Source: Octopus bimaculoides
Taxonomy: Eukaryota
DNA length: 64,000 bases
Reading direction: 5' to 3'
Assembly (NCBI RefSeq): GCF_001194135.2
Contig: NC_068985.1
Span: forward strand, 16,508,684 to 16,572,683
In this document: positions 24,490-34,515 of the stretch, one piece after another
Position numbering within the stretch: the stretch's first letter is position 1
Layout of the letters: the number at the start of each line of letters is the position of its first letter
The notes under the pieces: generated by a model
Databases searched by the model: none
Seen by the model: the letters and a program-made list of their open reading frames with translations, nothing else
Told to the model about the DNA's origin: nothing
Translations under genes and position numbers: made by a program

Positions 24490-24704
24490 CGAGGGAATGC
24501 TGAAAAGCTCCTGGCTTTAATTGTCACGAAAGGCCTGGTTGGAGGCTCAACCTTCCGAGTTCTTTTACAGGGCTTAGAAAAAATGAAGGACCGCTGCAAT
24601 AAATGTGTGAATCTGAGAGAGGAATATGTTGTATTAAATCATAATTAACTAATCCTCCTGTATTTTCTTTTATTCAAAGCCAGGAACTTTTCAGCACCCC
24701 CTCG
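24490..24704 (+). mobile_element. Internally deleted mariner element (215-bp MITE) with TA duplication
   Basis: TA|CGAGGGAATGCTGAAAAGCTCCTGGCTTT ... AAAGCCAGGAACTTTTCAGCACCCCCTCG|TA. The interior retains the transposase C-terminus (QGLEKMKDRCNKCVNLREEYV). Confidence 0.85.
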
Positions 24705-25692
24705 TAGTTTGGGATCACGAGTAAGCCACAACAGTTTCACGTAGTTGATTTATAAATCGACTAATCAGCATGAAGTTGTGATGTGATATGGCTTCTCGGA
24801 TGATCTAAAATTCGCTCTCATTTTTTTTAATTACTTAAACAGTTTGGCGCCTAACTCGCAGGCAGACCACCTTGGTACTCAAGCAGACGACACCTCAGGC
24901 ACGTGGGCAGACCACCTCGAGCAAGAGACGACTTCGGAACTCACGATGTATCACAGTTAGCCTTCAACAAGACATAGTGCCAGCAAAATAAATCATGTCC
25001 ATCAATAAATATGTCAAAAGTTCGGAGTTTCTTCCTTTATAATGCACACCGCCAGCTAGACCATGCGACGACAAAACAGCACCAGCAAGCAACCACCACG
25101 TTGTTAGTAACCAAGCAACTGCGCGACAAGATTATCACCAATCGCAATAGAGAGCAGCGCAATATATTTGCTACTTAAGTCTTATAGATCTGAATAAAAC
25201 TACATTAAAATAATGGTTTCAAATTTTGATTCAAAGCCAGTAATTTCAGGGGCAGGGTTTAGGCAATATCATCGACTCCAGTTCACGACTGGTACGTATT
25301 TTATTAACCCTGAAAGGTTGAAACACAAAGTCGATCTCGGCGACATTTGAATTCAGAGTTTAAAGCCAGAAATACTGCTTGGCATTTTGTCCGGTGCGGA
25401 ACGGTTCTGCCTACACGCCACCTTCAAGCTATATTAAAATAATAATAACAATGTATTATAAACCTGTCTGACATACTTTAAAATAACATTGCACATTAGT
25501 GACATACACCAGTTGTCATTTGCAACAGCTGACGTACTGTAAACAATCAGCCCGGATCTCATGGTCCGCTCTGTTTAGTTTCACCAGGGTGCTCTTCCAC
25601 ACGGCTTTGTCAAAACGCAAGAATTTGCAAATTATTGAAGATACCCGTTGTGTATTTAACATCAACATTTCAGATACATTGCAGTTATAATA

Positions 25693-25736
<44 letters not shown>

Positions 25737-26246
25737 GTGTGTGTGTGTGTGGTTCAACTTTACAGGAAACAAAAGACGAAGACTGGTGAAGGAATAACAA
25801 GCAGGTGTATTAGTTTAATACTCGGGAAGAATGGAAAAGTATTTGACCTTTCGAGCCTACTCTCTTCGATAGAAAAAATTAAGAGGAAAAAACGGAGAGA
25901 GAAAAAAATGTGTAGGGATTAAAGGTTCAACATGATGACATGGCTAGAAGTATATATATATATATATACCTCGTAGAATCTTTAATTTGATATATTTACA
26001 TAAAAGTTCATCGGTACTCCGCAATCTGTCCATATTGTGCCAGGATTCATTAGAATCTAGGTACATCAACACGTAGGATGCCAGGACTGGCGAGGTACCA
26101 TAACATTGAATTCACAGTGAAGTATCATGTGTTGGTAGTATACTGCAGGTATGTATATATGTAGGTACCAAATCCAATATAAACCATAGATCCGACTCAG
26201 AGTTGGTTCCAGATGTTGCATACGTATAAAAAGAACACAAATGAGA

Positions 26247-26340
26247 TTTAAAATTTACTACAGCTGTTTGGGTAAAATTTTATTGATGCATTCATAGATT
26301 ACATCATAACATAAATCCACCATCTTCAGGTGAAATTTTA
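26247..26340 (-). ncRNA. Minimal type I hammerhead ribozyme motif, G12C variant (probably inactive)
   Basis: Minus strand: TAAAATTTCAC-CTGAAGA-T-GGTGG...TTACC-CAAA-CAGCTG-TA-GTAAATTTTAA. CUGAAGA is intact at 26329-26323, but the GAAA core reads CAAA (26270). Confidence 0.6.
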
Positions 26341-26394
26341 AACAGGTATAAACAGGCAAGGTGAGCCCTTTTACCTTGCCTGTTTATACCTGCC

Positions 26395-26486
26395 TAAAAT
26401 TTTACTTGAAGATGGTGGATTTATGCTTTAATGTAATCTATGAATACATCAATAAAATTCCGCCGAAACAATTGTAGTAAATTTTA
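26395..26486 (+). ncRNA. Minimal type I hammerhead ribozyme motif, C3U variant
   Basis: Stem [12 protein letters not shown] (26395-26405)/GTAAATTTTA (26477-26486); core TTGAAGA (26406-26412) plus extra T; stem II GGTGG (26414-26418)/CCGCC (26460-26464); GAAA (26465-26468); palindromic stem III CAATTG; GUA triplet ending at 26476. Confidence 0.7.
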
Positions 26487-26514
26487 ATCCCCATTTGTGT
26501 TCCTATGGTGAATA

Positions 26515-26515
<1 letters not shown>

Positions 26516-26590
<75 letters not shown>
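26516..26590. repeat. (TA)n microsatellite (~75 bp); many other TA, CA, CT and CAT/GAT tracts across the window
   Basis: Directly visible. Others include (CA)n 25693-25732, (CT)n 43101-43270, 45595-45631 and 63964-64000. Confidence 0.95.
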
Positions 26591-26592
<2 letters not shown>

Positions 26593-27439
26593 AACGGCTG
26601 TGTGACTACTGGAATATCGTCATTATTATCACAAAGTAAAACCCTTTAATACTTTTATAATTGTAGGTTACGAGTGATGGATTTTGTCCAATACATACTA
26701 AAATATGTCAAAACACGTGGACAAAATTTCAATTCGCTGAACCAGAACCGGCACTTATACAGCCTATCATTATGAAATATGATAGGGTAGTCTTATTCAA
26801 CGAATATAGTTAAAAAACTAAACTTTCAATAGGAATTCTAGGGAGTCATCTTATACACCGACTTTACAATATATCAGTTCTTTTGTAGTAGTAGTAGTAG
26901 TGGTGGTGTTGGTGTTAGTGGTGGTGGTGTTGGTGGTGGTGGTGATGATGATGTGGTGGTGGTGGTGGTAATGGTAGCGGCAGCCGTAAACCTTATTGAG
27001 TAGATATGTGATCAAATGTGATTTTAAGCACAATTTCACCAAAACACGATCCAATATGATTTGACCAAACGGTTACAAAGTTCGCTTTTTCAATCAAAAG
27101 GTCCCAGATTCGTTTACGTTGTGTGACATCTTGAGAAAGTGCCTTTCACTACAACCTCGAGCAGACGTAAAATTGGGGAGACGAGTGGATAGTGCATGTA
27201 AAGCTAAGGTTCGGTTTTGTCCATCTCTGTGTCACGCTGACTTGGCATGTGTATAACGTTAAAGGTAAGCTCTATCTGTGGAATATCCAGCCACATATAC
27301 GGTAGTTCAACGAGTAGATAGTTTCAGCTGACCGAACAACGGAAAACTCATGATCGGATATTCCGGCAAAAATCCATTCATTCATAATGTGATTCGAAGG
27401 AGATTTAGTTAGTCCTAGAATGTTGAACGATTACATAGA

Positions 27440-27830
27440 GCTGTTGTTTAGCCCCATAAACTCCGATCGAACAGATCAACAATCAAAGTCATTCCAGCCA
27501 TGACCATCTTATCTTTAGTGTAATGTCTCGAAATATCTTATCCAATGAGTCCTTTCCTTTTAAGACAATATGCTGTGATTTGAGGAAGATAGACTGACAT
27601 TTCTAGTAGGTCGAGTGAACACGTTGAGATTCTGTCAATAGTAGTTATTGTTGTTTAGCCCTAGGTCACCCGTGATTGTGCAAGCCTATGATCAAAGGCG
27701 TTCCAGCAGTTGATTACCCGTTTTTTTTAAAGTATCTAAAACTACGTTACCAAATGTATGTTTTTTTAAAGATATTAGAGTGTAATTTGGGTTAATTTGG
27801 CTGCTAACTCTAACAGGCCGAATGAACGCG
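27440..27830 (+). repeat. Two tandem diverged copies of a dispersed ~200-bp repeat
   Basis: Both units start GTTGTTTAGCCC and contain ATCAAAG...TTCCAGC and GATTTG...TCTAG/ACAGG.CGA. Related sequence occurs at ~19745-19900, 54750-54950 (inverted) and 59810-59950. Confidence 0.55.
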
Positions 27831-28169
27831 TGGAGGTAAGTCTCTTTGTAGTAGTATTAGTATTAGATGTCGATTAAATACTTATGTAAGGAAAATGAAC
27901 AACCGACTTCTGATGAAACAGTAAAAGCGCTAAAGCTAATTGGATCACTACATTTTTTTTTTTTTTTGGCCACTGGAAAACGAATAAATAGTTTAACCAC
28001 AGTATCTACATTTTGCAGCTAGGCTAAAATGTTTCCTAAAAAAACACCTCCTATGTCAATATTATAACTCATTTTATAAATTGAATAAAATAAACGCTGT
28101 GGAGTGCTTTTCTTAATTAATTATGTAAGTTGTCTCCCTTCTAACATGTAACTCTCCAGCTTTGTTAAA

Positions 28170-28329
28170 CTTTAGTTGCCACGTTGGTTATTGACGACGT
28201 GTTCTATATTTCCGTCATTGCAGTATTTTATCACTTACACGTTGGCTTCCTTTGTCATTGGACTTATTTCAGTTTTTATACTTATTTAATATAGGATCAA
28301 GTTTTACAGTTCATAAGTTGAACACAACT
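28170..28329 (+). promoter_or_regulatory. Putative SEC31 promoter and non-coding first exon with bZIP (CREB3/XBP1-like) ACGT motifs
   Basis: TGCCACGT 28177-28184, GACGTG 28196-28201, ACACGTTGG 28237-28245; strong donor ACT|GTAAGT at 28330. The first coding exon has an acceptor only 5 nt before its ATG, so an upstream exon is required. Confidence 0.45.
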
Positions 28330-31300
28330 GTAAGTATTTGTCTTCTGTAAGAATAATTTTATGCCAAAGAAAACAAAAACTAACCGGCTTGTCAAAAGTA
28401 GAGCTATCAATATGGCCGTTAAGATCACTTAATCCACTGATGTTTATTTCATCCTTTCGTCAATGATTGCTTTTATTATACACCCCTGCATCTTTACTAT
28501 ATTACATATATACTCTCTGTGAAATTTATTATGAAATTCTTACTTGTACTTTCAAGTTTGAGGAAGAAATCAGTTTATATAGATTAAAAATTATTATAAT
28601 GGGCGTGGGTGTTTTGAATAAACAACTCGGCAATTTCAGATTATTATTTTAATTTAATAAGTATTTATCTGATAAATCGTGATTCTTTCATCTTCGTTTG
28701 TAACAGGTTCCGATATAAATTAATCTGAAAACATTGCATTTAAAAAACAGAGAGCCGAACTTGAATACTTTATAATATAATATAATATAATATAATATAA
28801 TATAATATATATATATATATATATATATTTCTTCGAAAATGTCAGTGGAGAGATCTTTATCACCTTTCCCCTGTTATCTAATTAGTATTTTATTCATTTT
28901 TCTGGAATTATTTTTAATGGCTTCTTCTAATATTGTCCTTTTAGATTTGAACTCTTAAAAAAAAAATCTGAAGAACTTTTGGTATTTCCTTTCGAAACAA
29001 GTTAGGGAAAAGATCTCCCCCCCCCACCACCATAATTCCTTTCCGATCAGTTTGTTAAAATTTAATTTGAGTTTTACTGTATGAATGGTGTCTAAGAACT
29101 TAATTCTGTATACATATCATTATGCAGACCTTTCATATTTTTGGATCTAGTTCGTATTCATCATGACATTCTACGATATTGCAGATATAGTCACAAGTTA
29201 CATCAGCTGTATCGAATTAACGCTTGAGATTTCAGTTTGTAAACCAATTTAATTCCAAATACTACACTTCAGTTTTCTGTCAGTTTTTATATCATATTCA
29301 ATCATCAACGCCTGTAAAGGTTATAAAAGATTCTCTTCGGTACGGACAGATTCAATTAGTAATGCATTGGACACCACCTACTCTATCTCATTACTTAGCA
29401 TACCCTATTAATTATTATTCTTGTTGTTACTATTCTTGTAATGCCCCATTACCTGTTGCTTTCGTGGCATATGATCACGATTATTATTACTGTAAGTAGT
29501 AGTGGTCGTTTTAGCTCTTTACGTTCAGAGTTCAAATGCCACCGAGGTCGACTTTATCTTTCGCCCTTTCGGGATCGATTGAATAAGTACCAGGTGTCGA
29601 TGTAATCGACTTCTATTCCCCCTCGAAATTGCTGGCCTTGTGCCTAAATTATAATAATTATTAGTAGTAGTCACAGTGTTGTCGCCTCGCCGAAGATTGG
29701 GTCTTTGAATTCGCTTATTTCGTGTTAGCTAATAATTCACACCATCACCTTTCCTAATTATAATCTGAAATTCATAGGCTAACTCCCCCACCCATCCCCC
29801 CNNNNNNNNNNNNNNNNNNNNNNNNNNNNNNNNNNNNNNNNNNNNNNNNNNNNNNNNNNNNNNNNNNNNNNNNNNNNNNNNNNNNNNNNNNNNNNNNNNN
29901 NNNNNNNNNNNNNNNNNNNNNNNNNNNNNNNNNNNNNNNNNNNNNNNNNNNNTATATATATATATATATATATATTGCGTACGTGTTTGCTATATTTTAT
30001 CTCACACTTGTATTAATAGCAAGTTCTTGGCGAACTATGTTAACAGGTGTCAATTTATCTAGTTGGAATTTCCTTACTTAAGCCGTTAGTTCCTTTCAGA
30101 AAGGGCCTAAGCCTCGCAAATTCTCATTTAACCTTTTATGATCTAGACTATATAAACCATTCTAACAAACCATTTGACATTTAACAGAAAATACCAATTT
30201 GGTTCATTTTTTTTCTTTTACAATTTATCTGCAACAATTAATGCTTCGTTGAATTTTTTTTTTCCCACTCGACAAAAGAGTTTACTAAACACGTTTCTAA
30301 TATGATCTGTGAGACTTACCATACCTCTGTGTCTGATTTAACTGTCTCATCTTTGTCTCCCTTTACTACGTGTATTCATTACTAACCACCACAAGATATT
30401 CATTTGTCAAATGTCTTATCTTTTTTACAACCTGATAAATGTGTGGCTATAGCTGCCATAAATAAAATATAAAAGATAATCAGTATGAAATATGTGTCAT
30501 GCATACAAAAGAAGCTGGATGTCAACAGCTGAGTCCAGTCACACCATTATTAAATGTTGATAGAATCTAAGAGATCTAAGAAATGTAGATAGATCGGGAA
30601 AATCGGTAGAGCATCGAAGATGTCTTGCGGTGTTTAGTTGCGTCCCTTTATGTGTTGAGCTCAAATCCATCCAAGATAAACATTACTTTTCTTCTAGAAT
30701 CCATAAAATGGATAATAATCGTTTATTGGTGTTGATATAACTAGCTATTCCATCGTTCGTAAGTTTGTCATTTTGGTCTTACGTAACAGCAAGTACCCCG
30801 TCATGTGGCCTTGTTATTGAATGTTTTGAGTTTATGGATGTCTTAGTCACTTGAAGTGACACTTTTATATCGTTGGGAATTATCATTCCTTAGACTAGAA
30901 AAACGAGGTTCCTTATAATATTGAACCTTTTCTTTTTTTATTGGATTGGTTTAACGGAAGGAGTAGTATCCAAAGTCCTTGTAGACCTAATGCATCTGGA
31001 GTGATCGATACAATTAATATTACTCTTGACCATTCACAAGTTGGCAGCTGCAGGAAAGACATGTGCAGAGTGAATTACTGAAAGTTGATGTTCTGGAGTG
31101 AGGTAGGTAGCTAGTGCAGGGCTCGGGGTTGTAGATATAATATGGATGAAGAGACACAATCTGGTTGAGAGTGCTTAGATGACAGGAGACTAACCAGACC
31201 TGAAGAGCTGAGACCACTGTAGTAGCTATAGAAAGACAGACGGAGGGAGGGAGGGAAAAGAGACAGCTCACCTATGGGCCAGAGGTTAGTGAGTGACATC

Positions 31301-31868
31301 ATCCCAATTTGATCTTTCTTTGGGTGCAATCTAAGATATCTGTGTAGCAGCAGTTCAGTTCCAGTCTGGGGCAGCACACCATTATGGGCCTTTGTAGAGA
31401 GTGAATAATATTTGAAGTCTGTAGTATTTTATTGCGCTGAAGAAGTCAGTCTTTGAGATGCTGTGTATTTACTAAGAAAGATCCTCAATGATACTGAAAT
31501 CTAGTATTTGTAGCAACCTTGAAGGATCCAGCTGTGTGCTGTTCATGTTTAGGGGTTCATTAGACTATGAATGGTTATATAGCAATAAAGTTAGTCAAGA
31601 TCAGTTTAATATACTAATATATAAAGTTACAGATGTTTTGTTAAACCCCTTCTAAAGACTTATAATGAAGCATAGAGATAGTCTACTTTGATATATAGTC
31701 ACAGAAGGAGTAATGACTATAAACTGCAAAATCTACTTCTTGGAGGACAAATCACTTCAATCTGTCACACTTCTTATAAATACTTTCCAAAAGTAAATCT
31801 TCTGCTGAATATCAACTTCATTAGAACCACATGGAAGAGAATTGCTTTTCTCTTGAAAGTTACATATA

Positions 31869-33127
31869 CAGGGGTTGGACAAAATAATGGAAACACCTTA
31901 AAATTTCAAACAAATTTATTTTAATATGGGGTAGGACTGCCTTTAGCAGTAATTACAGTTTGAATTCTATGAGATATGGATTCGTACAAAGTTTGAATTG
32001 TTTCCAAAGGAATTTTTGTCTATTCTTCAGCTAAAACAGTCTCCAGTTCTTGTAGTGATGATGGTGGAGGATATCAACTCCTTACTTGTTTTTCTAAAAT
32101 GCACCATAAATGTTCAATAATATTGAGATCTGGGGACTGTAGTGGCCAGATAAGATGTTCAACTTCACAAGAATGTTCCTCGTGCCATTCAGTAACAACT
32201 TTAGCTGTGTGAATTGGTGTATTATCCTGAAAGATTGTGTTTCCCTCCGGAAACAGTTCCGCAACCATAGGATGAATTTGATCAGATAAAATGCTTAAAT
32301 AGTCTTGACTATTAATTCTATCATGAAGGGAAACTATTGGGCCAGCAGATTTCCAAGATATAGCTCCCCAGATCATCACAGATCCTCCTCCATGTTTAAC
32401 AGTTGGAAGAAAGCAGTCTGGGTCAAATGCTTCTTTTGGCTATCTCCTCACGTATACTTGGCTGGTGGTTGGAAATAAGGTAAAGGATGATTCATCTGAA
32501 AAAATAACGTTCTTCCACAGCTCTAGGGACCGATTCTGTAGGTTTTTACTTCACTTTAAATGCTTTGCAACATTTGTTTTTGAAAGTAGTGGTTTTCTGA
32601 TTTCAGTCCTCCTGTGAAATCCGGCTTTGTGCAGCTCCCAGTTAACAGTTTTTGTGGAAACTGGGTTCTCGGGGTGGTCATTAAGCTCTGCAGTAATTTT
32701 GGGAGCTGTACTTTTGTGATCCTTTCTAACAATTTGCGTAAGAGACAGACAGTTCCTATCTGAAAGTTTTGGTTTTCTTCCGGAGTTTTGTTTCGACAAG
32801 GAGGATTTTTCCTTTCTCAAAAGCTGTCATTACTTTTGAGACAACACTTCTTGATACACCAAACATTTTGGCTGTTTTCGTTACACTAGCACCTGTCATA
32901 TGAGCACCAACAATTTGACCTCTTTGAAAGTCCAATTGATCTGTCATTTTAATTACCTTTTTCTAATGATATCTGAAAAGAAACAGCAATTTTAGCAAAA
33001 CATATTAAGGAATCCTAATAAGAAATCAAGAAAACATAAAAATAAGCAAGCTTTTGACAGTTTTATAGATATTTCAAAATTATAATGCTGTGATGCTAGG
33101 TGTTACCATTATTTTGTCCAACCCCTG
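31869..33127 (-). mobile_element. Full-length Tc1-like DNA transposon (1259 bp), frameshifted transposase, DD36E spacing
   Basis: TA duplications at 31867-31868 and 33128-33129; 29-bp TIRs CAGGGGTTGGACAAAATAATGG(A/T)AACACC with 1 mismatch. The ORF pieces give a paired-like HTH (32947-32551), VIFSDESS, FQDNTPIH and WPLQSPDLNIIEHLW. Confidence 0.92.
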
Positions 33128-34515
33128 TATGTATTTCAGCCATGAGAAGCTTTTGAGTGCTTTGACAGCCTAAAATATATCCAGCTATAGAATATTGTTC
33201 TTTTATAGCTATGAAATAGTTCTAACTGTTATTTTACCTTCTAAAAATACTTCAAATTACAACCTTCTTTCTTTCTGTATTTTATGCAAAGTAATTCCCA
33301 GAGATTATTGACCTTTAAGGGTTCATATATCTAATTAATAGTTTAATTTGGATCATATCTCTTTCTGGACCAATAACTGGTAAATATGTTTAGATCTCTC
33401 TATTATTGCTCCTTGCTTGTTTAACATCTGGTCTGTTTACCCTTAACATCTCCCAGGGAATCTGCATTACCTATAATTATAGAATGAAGAGGTAGTTTTT
33501 TTTTTTTTAAGTTTTGGAATGAAGGGATGCACTCATGGACTATTTCAGGGACTGGCTCAGACTGGTAGGAAGAAACCTCCTCAGATCAGAGAGCTTGCTC
33601 AAATGGTCTGCTAAAGGTACCCAAAGGCTAGTGGTGGTATTAAACTTGCTGACAGATTAAGTCTGTTACCCAAAGACAGAAAGCTTGGGGAAGGCCTATC
33701 CAAAAGTTTAACTTCCCATCAAATATATTGGCTTTTCTCAACTCAACTTTTAAAGTAAGAACTGCTTGAAATATTTCTTGCAGCTTAAAATAGTTTTTTT
33801 TTTATTGATCACCAAAATTTACAGCATGTGACTTTATTAACTAATGCAAGATGTTGATTTTACCACAGATTTGTGTAGCTGTCTCACAAGAATGTTATCA
33901 CCTGTGAGTCTTTGTCTTGATATAGATCTACTCTACATGGCTACACAAGTCATTACTGTCTACTACCTTCATTACAGCTGCTGTAGATTTAGTTATGGCT
34001 TTCCTGTTCTATTTACTTCTTTATTTGTTACAGTTCAGTATTTTAAATATTACCATAAATACTCAGTAAAAGAACTGAATTTAACCAAACTCTCTCTCTA
34101 TTTTACTCTCTACATTATTATTTAGGGGGTGAGGAGGGTCTGTCATGTGCCCTAGAACCCATAAGGCTGGAGCTTACCCCACTTTATATGGCGTATTAGT
34201 GACTGATTACAATACTCACCCCTGGATGGGATGCTGGTCCATTACAGGGTTAACTTCCCAGCTATTATTGGTACTTGTTTACTGTTCAGTGGACTGGAGC
34301 AAAGTGAAATAAAGTGTTGCATTCGAGAACCCAACACAATCTTAAGATCATAATTACAAAACCGTTATCATTAGGTTGTATGCCTTCATACATTGTTATT
34401 TACTAAATTACAATGTTTTTGTTTTGTTTGGTAAACATTTTAATTTCAACAGGAATTATTAAAATAATGATTTTTAATCTTCTCTGCCTTGCCTTTTTTT
34501 TTTTTTAAAGGAACA

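Larger units (their letters stand above)
26233..26502. mobile_element. Fold-back (inverted duplication) of a Penelope-like element terminal repeat; 130-bp arms, 10-nt loop
   Basis: Arms 26233-26362 and 26373-26502 are reverse complements with scattered mismatches, and each carries a hammerhead motif of the Penelope type. Confidence 0.75.

Noticed and set aside
27910-27920. Other isolated CTGATGA words (also 4703, 59314) as hammerheads
   Set aside because: No flanking stems or correctly placed GAAA/NUH.
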